Positions 1-9,095 of a stretch of DNA of 39,450 bases are shown piece by piece (within the stretch, counting starts at the first letter, position 1; every line of letters begins with the position of its first letter). Source of the DNA: an uncultured Gammaproteobacteria bacterium (GTDB lineage: Bacteria > Patescibacteriota > Patescibacteriia > UBA11705 > JABHMO01); assembly GCA_964605975.1 (NCBI GenBank), contig CAZSER010000001.1:1-39450 (forward strand), given 5' to 3'. The position numbers and the translations under genes are program-made. The notes under the pieces are model-generated. The model made no database searches and was not told the origin of the DNA. It saw nothing but the letters and a program-made list of their open reading frames with translations.

Positions 1-91
1 AAGATAATTCATCGTAAAGAATTTTCGCCCTCATGCAAAAAAGAATCTGTGTAATAAATAAAAAATAATTGAAAGATTTGCTTTTGGCCAT
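1..91 (-). CDS. hypothetical protein, N-terminal fragment (gene runs off the left edge of the window)
   Basis: ATG at 91-89 with AAAGGAGG (complement of 96-103) 4 nt upstream. Open to position 1 (MAKSKSFNYFLFITQILFCMRAKILYDELS...). Absent from the ORF track because it is truncated. Confidence 0.4.
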   Translation of the reverse strand, partial: MAKSKSFNYFLFITQILFCMRAKILYDELS

Positions 92-275
92 TAAACCTCC
101 TTTGTTAAAAGCCAATCAGTCAATAAATTAAAATATTAAAGAACATATTAGATATAAAAATTATAACAGAAAATAAAAGTTTAGGAAATTTTTGTGGATA
201 ATTTAAGATATTATTTTTAAGAAAATAAAATTTATTATACAATTAAAGTATTAAAAAATAAAAATAAAAATAAAA

Positions 276-1031
276 ATGTCAGGGACACAAGAATTATTAG
301 CGTTAGGTTTGTCAGAAAAAGAGGTAGAGGTTTATCTCTCTGCATTGAATCTTGGTTCGGGGACTGTTTTACAGATTTCTCAACGAGTAGGGATACCAAG
401 AACGACCGTTTATTCTCATGTAAAAACTTTAATTACAAGGGGCTTAATGAAAGGGAGGGACCGTTTTGGAAAAGTTTATTATGAGTCAGAGAATCCAGAA
501 AAATTAAAAAAGATTTTTGAAGAACAGGAACGGGAGATTTTACGAAAAAAAGAGCTTTTGGAAAATTTATTACCAGAGTTGGAATCTTTGTATAGTTTGG
601 CGAAGGATCGTCCCAGTGTTCGCTTTTTTGATTACAACCGTCCGGATGATTTACAAAAGGTCAGAGAAGAGATCGGCAGATTAAGAAAACAAGAATTGAT
701 TAATATTTTTAACTACGAAAAATACGGTCATTATTTTAGTCGTAGTCATGTGGAAAATATTTTAGATAATAATATAAGTTTGAAAACTTTGTATATCGCC
801 AAAAATAAAGTAGTAGATTTGAGAATAAAAAAATTATTGTCTAAGAAAAATTTTAGTATTAAATTTTTGCCAGAAGGTAAATTTGGGTTTTTGTGTGAAA
901 TTCTTGTTTCTGATCGGTATGTTTATATTGCTGGAACTGGTGGTTGGTTAATAATTTCAGATCCGCTTTTTTGTCATGCTTTGCACCTTTTATTTGAGGC
1001 GATGTGGGGGATTTCAGAAAAAGTTGAATAA
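276..1031 (+). CDS. TrmB-family winged-helix transcriptional regulator
   Basis: N-terminus LLALGLSEKEVEVYLSALNLGSGTVLQISQRVGIPRTTVYSHVKTLITRGLM matches the TrmB-type HTH pattern (LGLS..E..VY..L...G..T...I.....IPR..VY). 251 aa is a typical length. Confidence 0.75.
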   Translation: MSGTQELLALGLSEKEVEVYLSALNLGSGTVLQISQRVGIPRTTVYSHVKTLITRGLMKGRDRFGKVYYESENPEKLKKIFEEQEREILRKKELLENLLPELESLYSLAKDRPSVRFFDYNRPDDLQKVREEIGRLRKQELINIFNYEKYGHYFSRSHVENILDNNISLKTLYIAKNKVVDLRIKKLLSKKNFSIKFLPEGKFGFLCEILVSDRYVYIAGTGGWLIISDPLFCHALHLLFEAMWGISEKVE

Positions 1032-1061
1032 ACTAATGGGTTTTAAAAAATTAATGGTAAC

Positions 1062-1087
1062 AAAAAAACGCCAAAAGGCGTTTTTTT
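1062..1087. terminator. bidirectional intrinsic terminator between convergent genes
   Basis: AAAAAAACGCC-AAAA-GGCGTTTTTTT: a GC-cored hairpin flanked by an A-run and a T-run, so it works on both strands. Confidence 0.8.
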
Positions 1088-1105
1088 GTTTTGATTGGTT
1101 TTTTC

Positions 1106-3037
1106 TTATTTTTCTACTAGTCCAGTAGTATTGGCATGTTCATCTTTTTCTAATGCGGAGGTAGTAATGTTTTTTGTTCTAATAATGTTATCTAAGGTGG
1201 CGCTATCAATTGCGGAAATGGTAGTATTTCCAGTTAATTTTATGATTTGCCCCAAATCTTTTAATTGAGGTTTTATTGTTATTTTAAAGTTTGCATGAGC
1301 TTCGTTAATCGCTTCAGGTAGTCGGTCAATTAGCCAAAGGACTTCTCTGGTTGTTGAATCATAAGTTATTTTTCCGATAGTGGTACTTCTTTCTTCGCTT
1401 ATTTCAACATATTCAGGAACTGTTGTTTTGATTACAACATTATTGACTTCATGCCAGTCATTATTTAAATCCCAGAAAATTCTTAAAGAAGTTTCTTCGC
1501 CCACCTTAAAGGGCAAAGGTCCAGAGCCTAATGGAGTACCATCGGTAAAATAGTAAAGAGCTTTTACCCCTAAATCGAGATTAGAAATTAGTTTCATGGA
1601 AATTTCGGTGCTTTTAATTGGGGTTATCTCAATGTTGTCTGTTGTCTTTGCTATAAGTTCATTTTGAAAAGAAGCAAATGACTGTCCAATCTCTAAATTA
1701 GAGAATTCTTTTAAAGATTCTTTTGATTTTATTGGTAAAACCAAATCCAAAATAACTTCTTGTCGCGGTTTTATCTCTTTTAGTTCTTTTATTTTATCTT
1801 GATTCCAAAAAATTTCTTTAACTTCGTTGTTTTTTGATATTTTTCCAAAATTTTTATCTTCAATTTTTTCCCAATCCAAAATATCAACAGATGATGTTTT
1901 AACAAGAAGTTTTATTCCCGCGTCGAAAAAACTTTCACTCCCAGTATTTTTTATTATTAAGGAGAGGTTTAAAGGTTTGCCAATCTCAAAGTTTTTATTT
2001 TCTGAGCTTCCATTAATAATTAAATAAGACCAGAGCGGTTGTTCAATAATTTTTACTGAGGAGACAATTTCTTTTACCGGATGATAGATATTATCCTTGC
2101 CTGGAACTCTTATTGTTCCATTAAAATTTTTTGTTCTAGATTCTTCGTCAGTAAAATTTTGTCCGTCGTGAAAGAAACCCTCAATGATTATTTCAGGACT
2201 TTCTTGTTGTGGTTCTATTATTTCTATTTCCCATTCATTATTGTTTTCTATCGGTGATGGTTTTGAATTTAAAAAGGTAAAACCTTCAGGGTAGTCAATT
2301 TTTATTCTAGCTTTCTCATATAGAGTATTACCTGGATTTTTTAATTTTGTTTTAATTAAAAATTTATTAGTTAATATCGCATTAGCAGGAAGATTCAAGT
2401 CTAGTAAAAGATCCGGTTCTTCTGTTGTGATAGAAAAACTTTTTTCTTGTTTAAATTCAGAGTTAAAATTACTGGGAACAAAAAATATCCCAGCAGTTAT
2501 TTTTTGTTCATTATTTAAGCGGTCAACTATTTTTCCGGTTAAGGACATTTTTCCTTCTTGTCCCGGTTTGATTTCTCCGATTACTAATTTATGATTGGAT
2601 ATTTCTGGGCTTGTTTCGCTCATTATAAATCCGGATGGATATTGGAGGAGGATTCTAGCATCATATATTGGATATTCTCCATTATTTTTGTAATTTATAT
2701 TATAAGTAAAGGTTTCTCCTATTTTTATTTTATCAGGTGCGGAGATTTCCAGAGAGACGGAATCTGATTTAAAAAGTTGTCGATTGTTAAAATAAAAAAA
2801 ACCGGTTACTGCCGAAAAAACAAAAAACAAAAAAATAATAAAAAGATAAGCCAGTGTCACTCTTCGGCGATGAAAACGATTTTCTTCAATCAATATTTTT
2901 AAAGAATCAATGTCTGTTTCTTTGTTTTTGTGGTTATTTTGAGTGGTAAGTTCGGGATTTTCATTATATAACTCAACAAGTTCTTGAACCGGATCTAGAT
3001 CTTTGACAAAATGTCTTTTGAAGGGGGTTTTTTTCAT
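1106..3037 (-). CDS. membrane-anchored surface protein with repeated beta-sandwich (CARDB/DUF11-like) modules
   Basis: 643-aa ORF with one N-terminal TM helix (VTLAYLFIIFLFFVFSAVTGFFYF). Recurring module signature: YKNNGEYPIYDARILLQYPSGF, LKNPGNTLYEKARIKIDYPEGF, IKNTGSESFFDAGIKLLV. Starts 15 nt after the upstream gene. Confidence 0.7.
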   Translation of the reverse strand: MKKTPFKRHFVKDLDPVQELVELYNENPELTTQNNHKNKETDIDSLKILIEENRFHRRRVTLAYLFIIFLFFVFSAVTGFFYFNNRQLFKSDSVSLEISAPDKIKIGETFTYNINYKNNGEYPIYDARILLQYPSGFIMSETSPEISNHKLVIGEIKPGQEGKMSLTGKIVDRLNNEQKITAGIFFVPSNFNSEFKQEKSFSITTEEPDLLLDLNLPANAILTNKFLIKTKLKNPGNTLYEKARIKIDYPEGFTFLNSKPSPIENNNEWEIEIIEPQQESPEIIIEGFFHDGQNFTDEESRTKNFNGTIRVPGKDNIYHPVKEIVSSVKIIEQPLWSYLIINGSSENKNFEIGKPLNLSLIIKNTGSESFFDAGIKLLVKTSSVDILDWEKIEDKNFGKISKNNEVKEIFWNQDKIKELKEIKPRQEVILDLVLPIKSKESLKEFSNLEIGQSFASFQNELIAKTTDNIEITPIKSTEISMKLISNLDLGVKALYYFTDGTPLGSGPLPFKVGEETSLRIFWDLNNDWHEVNNVVIKTTVPEYVEISEERSTTIGKITYDSTTREVLWLIDRLPEAINEAHANFKITIKPQLKDLGQIIKLTGNTTISAIDSATLDNIIRTKNITTSALEKDEHANTTGLVEK

Positions 3038-3052
3038 AATAGTTAGGAAAAC

Positions 3053-5662
3053 TTAACGATTTTTAATTGTACCTGCCAACCAAAAATCAGTTGAGTTAGT
3101 ATTTTGAAGAGAAGTAATTTTGTTTTCAGATCTTCTTTCTCCTCTAATAGGTAAAATAGTTTTTTCTTCAGGGACTGATAATTCAACAGAAATGGTGGTG
3201 TTTTGTTGTCCTGATTGTTTTTGAACAAAAATTGCATGATTTAAGCTATCATAGTTCCTTCTTAGGAGTTGTTTTTTGTTAAATCTAAGCTTGAAAGGAA
3301 GTTGATATTCAATAATCATTTCGGTAGATTTCCCACTATCAGTTTGCATCCAGTTAGCAAAAACAGTTTTACCAAGTTCATTATTAATAAAAGTCTTTGA
3401 TATTGGTTCAACGGAAATTTCTCCGGAAATTTCTGAGAGATAAGCATCCTTGTCCCAAAGTGGATCAGGTTTTTCAAAAAGAGTTACGGGGACATCTTTT
3501 TGTCCGGATACTTTGAGTAGTTTAGATCCTTTTGGGACATAGACCCGAACATAGTTTAGGTTTGGATCTTTACCAAATTCGTCCATTTTATCTCCGAAAT
3601 GTTCTCGTTTAATAGTAAGTTTATTAATAATAGAACCATCTTGGTTGATAGTTGATTTTAAGTCAATATTTTGATTAATAAATTGATCAGATTTTCCTCC
3701 TCCAATATTGGTATTAACTACTAACAAATAATCATGATTTGTTTGTTTTATCTCTCCCGTCCAGCCTCGTTGAGAAAAAACTTCTTGAATTTTTTTGTTT
3801 TTAAAGTAAAGTTGGATAGATTTTTGGGATAAAGAACTATTAATTATTTTAATTATTTCAGGATAATTAATTTGAGAAGAATCAAAAAACTTTTCAATAA
3901 TTAATGGTGCCAATTCAGATAATATTTTTTTTGGTTTATTATTTTTTTCTGACAAGATGTTTTCGGCGGAAATTGTTTTTTGTAATTCGGTAATAACATT
4001 TTCAGAATTGATTGTTTTTCCAAAAGAGGGAAGATGTATTGGACCGGTAAGTTTCATTATTTCTGGGAGGAAGGAGGAATTTATGGCGACAACACCGTCA
4101 ATTGTTGGTCCTCCGGCTTGTTCGTAAAACCATTTGATTTTTTTTGCCGAAACAGAAAAATCAGGATACCAGTTGGAGTCTTGTAATTCCCAGCGAGGAT
4201 TTATAAGATGTAGCGGGTGGGGAGAAATTACCGTTTTGGTAAGTTGTCCTTGGACATCGTAAGTACCACCTTCGGGAATTTCCAGATTTTTTATTTTTCC
4301 TCTATCAATGTCTACTAAAGCAAAACTACCCATAAATCCTCCCGTTGCTCTAATTTCATTGGAATTTTGAAAAACAAAAAGATATCTTTTAAAATCATCT
4401 TTACCCAAAACATCATTTAAAGTAATTAAAAAGTCTGCTAAATTAGTAATGTCAAAGTAGGCTTTTTGAAAAATATTTTTAGTCTCAATAAATTCATCTT
4501 TTAATTCAATGGGGATACTGTTAGGATTTATTTCTGATAAATCGGTATTAATTTGTTGTATGGTTGGAATGTTTTCAGTTATTGTTTTTTGGGCGAATGA
4601 AATTTTTTCTGTAAGTGTATCTGAGGAGCTAAAAATTTTATGCCAAGTTGGTATTTTTTCTCCAAGTAAAGTTATATTTTCTCCAATCCGAATAACTTTT
4701 TCGGCATCAGATAAATTAAGGCCAGGAAGAGGAACAATTTTAAGAATGGTTCGCAGAGCAATATTTAAATTAGTCAGTTGGTTTTCTATCGAAAGGAATT
4801 TTTGTTTAGCTTCTGAAAAGTCTTGTCCTGCCACTTCTAGATTATTTTGTAAAATATTTTCTTTCGCTGATTTTAATTCGGAAATTGTTTCTTGGGCATC
4901 TTGTTTTATCTTTTGTTCTAATCCCAAAAGGTGTTCATAGTGACCGAAAACTTTATAAGGAGAGATGATTATTAGTCCTAAAAGTAAATAAGTTAAAGCT
5001 TTTTTGGGCCAAAAATAGGGGATATTTAGATGATAATGCCAAGGTTGAGAAGTGAATTGAGAGTTTAGTTTTTCTGTCAATTTTGTTTTGATTTTGGTAG
5101 TGACTTTTTTTTGGATAATAATTGACTTTTCTTGTTGTTGAGTGGATTTTTTAAAAAATTTTTTCGTTGGAACTTTAATTTGACCTTCTTTTTGGGCTAA
5201 AAATTTTAAAACATTTTCTTTTGTTTCTAGCTGTTTTCTTTTTTGAGAAACCAGATGACTTAGATCCAAAACAAAAGGAGAATGCTCAACTCGGTGACCA
5301 ACATTTTTAATAATAAGTTCTCGTTTTTTACTGGGGAGTTGTTTTTTTTGAGCTTCGGGAAGAATAATTTCTTCTTCTTTTGGTAAATATTCCGCAAGAG
5401 CTTTTTCTAGAGAGTATTCAATTTGACGATCTGTTTTGTTGAAAAAATTTTGTTTATTAAGAATTTCATCTATTTCATGTTGAAGTAATCCAAAAGTTAT
5501 TGGTTTTGCTGGTGGAACCGATTTTTCTAGGTTAACATTAGTGGGTAGTTTAAAAAAAATTTTTTCTTTGGAAATTGATTTTTTTTTGCCTGTGGAGATT
5601 TTTTTCTTTAATTCTTGCTTTGTTTTTGTGGGTGATTTTTTATTTTTGGCTATTTTTTTCAT
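3053..5662 (-). CDS. DUF4012-domain membrane protein with Lys-rich cytoplasmic N-terminus
   Basis: 869-aa ORF. Lys-rich first ~210 aa, then one TM helix (ALTYLLLGLIIISPY). Motif LFVFQNSNEIRATGGFMGSFALVDIDRGKI matches the DUF4012 core (QN..E.R.TGG..GS). The start overlaps the upstream GT stop by 23 nt. Confidence 0.75.
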   Translation of the reverse strand: MKKIAKNKKSPTKTKQELKKKISTGKKKSISKEKIFFKLPTNVNLEKSVPPAKPITFGLLQHEIDEILNKQNFFNKTDRQIEYSLEKALAEYLPKEEEIILPEAQKKQLPSKKRELIIKNVGHRVEHSPFVLDLSHLVSQKRKQLETKENVLKFLAQKEGQIKVPTKKFFKKSTQQQEKSIIIQKKVTTKIKTKLTEKLNSQFTSQPWHYHLNIPYFWPKKALTYLLLGLIIISPYKVFGHYEHLLGLEQKIKQDAQETISELKSAKENILQNNLEVAGQDFSEAKQKFLSIENQLTNLNIALRTILKIVPLPGLNLSDAEKVIRIGENITLLGEKIPTWHKIFSSSDTLTEKISFAQKTITENIPTIQQINTDLSEINPNSIPIELKDEFIETKNIFQKAYFDITNLADFLITLNDVLGKDDFKRYLFVFQNSNEIRATGGFMGSFALVDIDRGKIKNLEIPEGGTYDVQGQLTKTVISPHPLHLINPRWELQDSNWYPDFSVSAKKIKWFYEQAGGPTIDGVVAINSSFLPEIMKLTGPIHLPSFGKTINSENVITELQKTISAENILSEKNNKPKKILSELAPLIIEKFFDSSQINYPEIIKIINSSLSQKSIQLYFKNKKIQEVFSQRGWTGEIKQTNHDYLLVVNTNIGGGKSDQFINQNIDLKSTINQDGSIINKLTIKREHFGDKMDEFGKDPNLNYVRVYVPKGSKLLKVSGQKDVPVTLFEKPDPLWDKDAYLSEISGEISVEPISKTFINNELGKTVFANWMQTDSGKSTEMIIEYQLPFKLRFNKKQLLRRNYDSLNHAIFVQKQSGQQNTTISVELSVPEEKTILPIRGERRSENKITSLQNTNSTDFWLAGTIKNR

Positions 5663-6782
5663 AAATTTTTTGATAAACGGCCAAGGTTTGTTGGGCGCAA
5701 TTTTGCCAAGAAAAATTTTGGATATTTTGTTGTCCTTTTTGTTTTAAAATCGAACTTTGTTTTTCGGAGGAAATAATTTTAAAAGCAACATTTGCTAAAT
5801 CTGTCGGTTTATACGGATCAAAGAATAGTGCCGAATCTGCCAAAACTTCATTCAAAACGGGAATATTACTTGCTAAAACCGGTGTTTGACAGGCCTGTGC
5901 TTCAAGTGAAATAAGGCCAAATCCTTCAATAAATGAAGGTAAAACAAATAATTTGGCTATTGAGTAGATTACTGGCAGATCGTTGTCGGAAATATATCCC
6001 GGAGTAAAAATAAATTTACGAAAAGGTGATTTAGAGCTCAGCTCCAAGATGTTTGTTGCATGAAGATCAGCTCGTCCCGCAATGACTAAATTACCGGAAT
6101 AGTTATAGGTTTTTTTTAAAATTTCAAAACCTTTAATTAAGGTCTCTATGTTTTTATGACTGCGCCAAACACCAACATAAAGGAGAAAGTTATCGGGTAA
6201 TCCGTATTTAGTTTTGACTGTGTTTATTATACCATTATTTTCTATTTTTACGAAGTTTTCGTCCACACCTTGATAGATTACTTTAATGGATTTTTTTTCT
6301 TTGTGAAAATGCGTGATAATGTCTTTCTTGGTTGATTTTGAAATGGCAATAACTTGTTCAGCCCGAGTAATCGTTTTTTGAAAAACTAAACGATGGGCGA
6401 TTCGGCGAAAAGAAGATTTCATTTTATGCCCAGGAAAGAAGATCGGAGTAATATCATGAATGGTGCAAACTGATTTTTTAGGGAAGAAAAGTGGAGAATT
6501 GAAATGTGGGAAGTGAATAAGATCAAATTTTTCATTAACTAGCTCTAATGGAAATTTAAACTGTTCTTGATATGAATACCAAGGGCTTTTGACTAAAATT
6601 TTGCGAACATTCGGGTAAGTTTCTTGATAGTCAGGATCTTGTAATTCCGCTTCTCTCATAAAGAGAAGATATTCATTTTGTTGATCAATTTTAAACAAGG
6701 CTTCAGTCATTTTTCTAACATAAGCACCGATTCCAGTACACTGTTTATTGCCATACATTCGGGCATCAATAGCTATTTTCAT
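5640..6782 (-). CDS. glycosyltransferase family 4 (GT-B fold)
   Basis: MKIAIDARMY start. C-terminal EGFGLISLEAQACQTPVLASN matches the E-x-F-G-x4-E-A retaining GT4 motif. Confidence 0.9.
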   Translation of the reverse strand: MKIAIDARMYGNKQCTGIGAYVRKMTEALFKIDQQNEYLLFMREAELQDPDYQETYPNVRKILVKSPWYSYQEQFKFPLELVNEKFDLIHFPHFNSPLFFPKKSVCTIHDITPIFFPGHKMKSSFRRIAHRLVFQKTITRAEQVIAISKSTKKDIITHFHKEKKSIKVIYQGVDENFVKIENNGIINTVKTKYGLPDNFLLYVGVWRSHKNIETLIKGFEILKKTYNYSGNLVIAGRADLHATNILELSSKSPFRKFIFTPGYISDNDLPVIYSIAKLFVLPSFIEGFGLISLEAQACQTPVLASNIPVLNEVLADSALFFDPYKPTDLANVAFKIISSEKQSSILKQKGQQNIQNFSWQNCAQQTLAVYQKIYEKNSQK

Positions 6783-6785
6783 AAT

Positions 6786-7895
6786 TTATTTGTCAAGTGA
6801 TTTTATCAATTGGTTATTTTGAAATTTTATTTTTTGGATTATTTCAAGATACCGTTCTGATGATTTTTGAGAATAATATTTTTGTAAATTAGGATTTCTC
6901 GCCATTGCCTTTAAGGATTCTAGGAGTTGTTTGTTGTCAAAAACATTGTATAACATTCCGGCGTTGTTGACCACTTCACAGTTGGCTGAGTTTGAGGCCA
7001 CAATAATTGGCAACCCAAAGCTCATTGCTTCGACTAACGGTAGGCCAAACCCTTCGTAAAAAGAGGGGAAGACAAAAAATTCTGCTTTCTCAAACTCCGC
7101 CCACAACTCTTGTTCTGAAAGGTAGTTTTTGTAAATTATTTGAGGTTTATTTTTGGTTGCGGTAAAAATTTCATCAGAACCAAATCCTGGTTTGCCTATG
7201 AGAATTAGTTTATATTTAGGAAATGATTTTATGAAATTATTAAAAACTTTAACCAAATTTAAGATGTTTTTCCTTTTTTCTATAGTCCCTACAAACAAGA
7301 TGTTTTTATTTTTTGTTTCGTTAAAAAAAAGATTATCGGTGGGGAACTCTTTTTGATTTGGATAGTGAACTGAAATTTTCTCATCTTTTAAATTATAAAA
7401 GTGAATTAAATCGTTTTTGGTGTTTTGCGAAACTGTCCAGATTTTTTGGGCATTTTGGGCTATTTTTCGAGGATTGAATAAGTAGTGCCAAAGGCGACTT
7501 TTGAACGAAAAAAAATCAGGCACAATATGAAAACTTAAATCATGAAAAACAACAAAATAGGGTAGTGAGGTTTGAAAAAAATTAAGATTTGGCAAGATTA
7601 GGCGGTCCATTTTAACTTCGGGGAAAACTTTTTTTGCCAATTTTTCGATTTTGGGACCGCAATGGAAAAATTGGCTAACTTTTAATCTTTTATTTGATAT
7701 TTGATAATGTCCAAACTTAACTCTGGGGAGTTTTGCTAACTCTTGAGGATTATAAATTTTCTTTCCAGTTGTTAGTACAAAAAAATTATGGTCGAGTGCT
7801 TGTCGGCTTAACAGTTTGAGTAAGTTAATAGTAAAAAAAGTGACGCCCGTAGGTTTTTTTTCCATTAACGGGCGTCCATCAAAGAGAAAGTTCAT
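6786..7895 (-). CDS. glycosyltransferase family 4
   Basis: YEGFGLPLVEAMSFGLPIIVASNS motif. The track ORF extends to 8081 and would overlap the upstream GT by ~200 nt. The ATG at 7895 (MNFLFDGRPL...) leaves a 17-nt overlap and is preferred. Confidence 0.85.
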   Translation of the reverse strand: MNFLFDGRPLMEKKPTGVTFFTINLLKLLSRQALDHNFFVLTTGKKIYNPQELAKLPRVKFGHYQISNKRLKVSQFFHCGPKIEKLAKKVFPEVKMDRLILPNLNFFQTSLPYFVVFHDLSFHIVPDFFSFKSRLWHYLFNPRKIAQNAQKIWTVSQNTKNDLIHFYNLKDEKISVHYPNQKEFPTDNLFFNETKNKNILFVGTIEKRKNILNLVKVFNNFIKSFPKYKLILIGKPGFGSDEIFTATKNKPQIIYKNYLSEQELWAEFEKAEFFVFPSFYEGFGLPLVEAMSFGLPIIVASNSANCEVVNNAGMLYNVFDNKQLLESLKAMARNPNLQKYYSQKSSERYLEIIQKIKFQNNQLIKSLDK

Positions 7896-8985
7896 TTTTT
7901 CGTTGTTCAATTTTTTGGAGAACAAAGTTTTTGATCTTTTCTTCAAAAATTTGACGATCAAACTTTTGGGCATGATTTTTAATGATTTCAGGGCGAAAAT
8001 CAGTTTCCTTGAATCGCAAAACTGCGTAAGCCAAAGATTCCCATGTTTGTTCATCAAAAAAATTTCCAGTTTCTCTATCAATAATTGTTTCTAATGCTCC
8101 GCCTTTTTTATAAGCGATCACCGGTCGTCCCGCGGACATTGATTCCACAGCAGTAATTCCAAAATCTTCTTGTTGAGGATTAATAAAAGCTCGTGCACGA
8201 CTTAGCAATTCAATTTTTTCTTTATCCTTTATTTTTCCTAAAAATTGAATATTGTTACGAGCCATTTTTTGTAGTTTTTTTTCTAATGGCCCGGCGCCAA
8301 AGATTTTTAATGGTAAATTTAGTCTATTAAAGGCTTGGATGATTAAATCAAATCTTTTGTAGCCAACAAATCTGCCCCCAGCCAAAAAATAGTTATCAAC
8401 TTTGCCGGTAATATGAAATTTGGAGGTGTCAACTGGCGGGTAAATTACTTGGCTTTCTCGATTGTAGTATTTCTTAATCCTTTTTTGAACTTCCAAGGAA
8501 TTGGCTAGGAAATGATCTACTCTTTCGGAAGCCAAACGATCCCACAATCTCAATTTTGTCAAAGTTAGGGGTAAAATTTTTTTCACCAAAGCATTGTGTT
8601 GGATTTCTTGTAAATATTGATGCGTATCTGTCCATAAAAATCGGGGAGGGGTGTGACAATAGCAAATATGTAAAGCCCCTGGTCGAGTAATTACTCCTTT
8701 GGAAAAGATAGAGGAGCTAGATATTATCAACTGATACTTTGATAAATCATGATGTTCCGTTGCCGAGGGCATTAGTGGTAGTAACCATTCATGTTTTTTG
8801 TTTAAAAGGGGAATATTCTGTAAAAATGATGTTTTAATTGGTTGTTTTGAAAAGTTATTAAAATGGTTTTTGTTATGTAAAAGAGTAAAAAAATCACCTT
8901 TTGGAAATATTTCCAGAAGTTCTTTGGCGACTCGTTCAGCCCCTCCGTCCTGAACCAGGTGGTCATGGACAATGGCAATTTTCAT
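7879..8985 (-). CDS. glycosyltransferase family 4
   Basis: MKIAIVHDHLVQDGGAERV N-terminus and EDFGITAVESMSAGRPVIAY C-terminal GT4 motif. First gene of the five-gene minus-strand operon. Confidence 0.9.
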   Translation of the reverse strand: MKIAIVHDHLVQDGGAERVAKELLEIFPKGDFFTLLHNKNHFNNFSKQPIKTSFLQNIPLLNKKHEWLLPLMPSATEHHDLSKYQLIISSSSIFSKGVITRPGALHICYCHTPPRFLWTDTHQYLQEIQHNALVKKILPLTLTKLRLWDRLASERVDHFLANSLEVQKRIKKYYNRESQVIYPPVDTSKFHITGKVDNYFLAGGRFVGYKRFDLIIQAFNRLNLPLKIFGAGPLEKKLQKMARNNIQFLGKIKDKEKIELLSRARAFINPQQEDFGITAVESMSAGRPVIAYKKGGALETIIDRETGNFFDEQTWESLAYAVLRFKETDFRPEIIKNHAQKFDRQIFEEKIKNFVLQKIEQRKNELSL

Positions 8986-9057
8986 AGCTTTTACATTTTA
9001 ACAAAAAAACATAAAAATTAAAAGTTGATAACTATGTTTTTTTTGTTTTAATTTTAG

Positions 9058-9086
9058 GATAAAAAAACTCGCTTGGTTAAGCGAGT
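9058..9086 (-). terminator. intrinsic terminator downstream of purA
   Basis: Minus strand reads ACTCGCTT-AACC-AAGCGAGT followed by TTTTTTT, starting about 10 nt after the purA stop. Confidence 0.7.
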
Positions 9087-9095
9087 GGGTAATTT

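Noticed and set aside
253-275. Tandem AAAAAT/AAAATA iterations just upstream of the TrmB-like gene
   Set aside because: This is a simple AT-rich microsatellite-like tract of about four units in a promoter region. It has no spacer structure and is neither CRISPR-like nor an obvious operator.
4509-4940. 143-aa ORF antisense to the DUF4012 gene. The same class includes 1827-2027, 3043-3237, 5541-5747, 7153-7356, 7816-8094, 8474-8665, 9854-10072, 9993-10211, 10254-10466, 13720-13926, 18440-18685, 20054-20248, 20116-20388, 22368-22598, 22371-22646, 24469-24654, 26057-26263, 27044-27268, 27519-27743, 27643-27855, 27953-28150, 28123-28467, 28187-28387, 29030-29212, 29247-29579, 32696-32920, 33408-33647, 34845-35327 and 36972-37313.
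   Set aside because: These are shadow ORFs inside or antisense to longer CDSs that carry clear family motifs. They have low-complexity Phe/Leu/Lys-rich translations typical of AT-rich antisense frames, and no SDs.
7896-8081. N-terminal 62-aa extension of the middle GT4 gene (track start at 8081)
   Set aside because: It would overlap the upstream GT4 coding region by about 200 nt. The extension has no GT-like sequence, and the ATG at 7895 gives a normal N-terminus.
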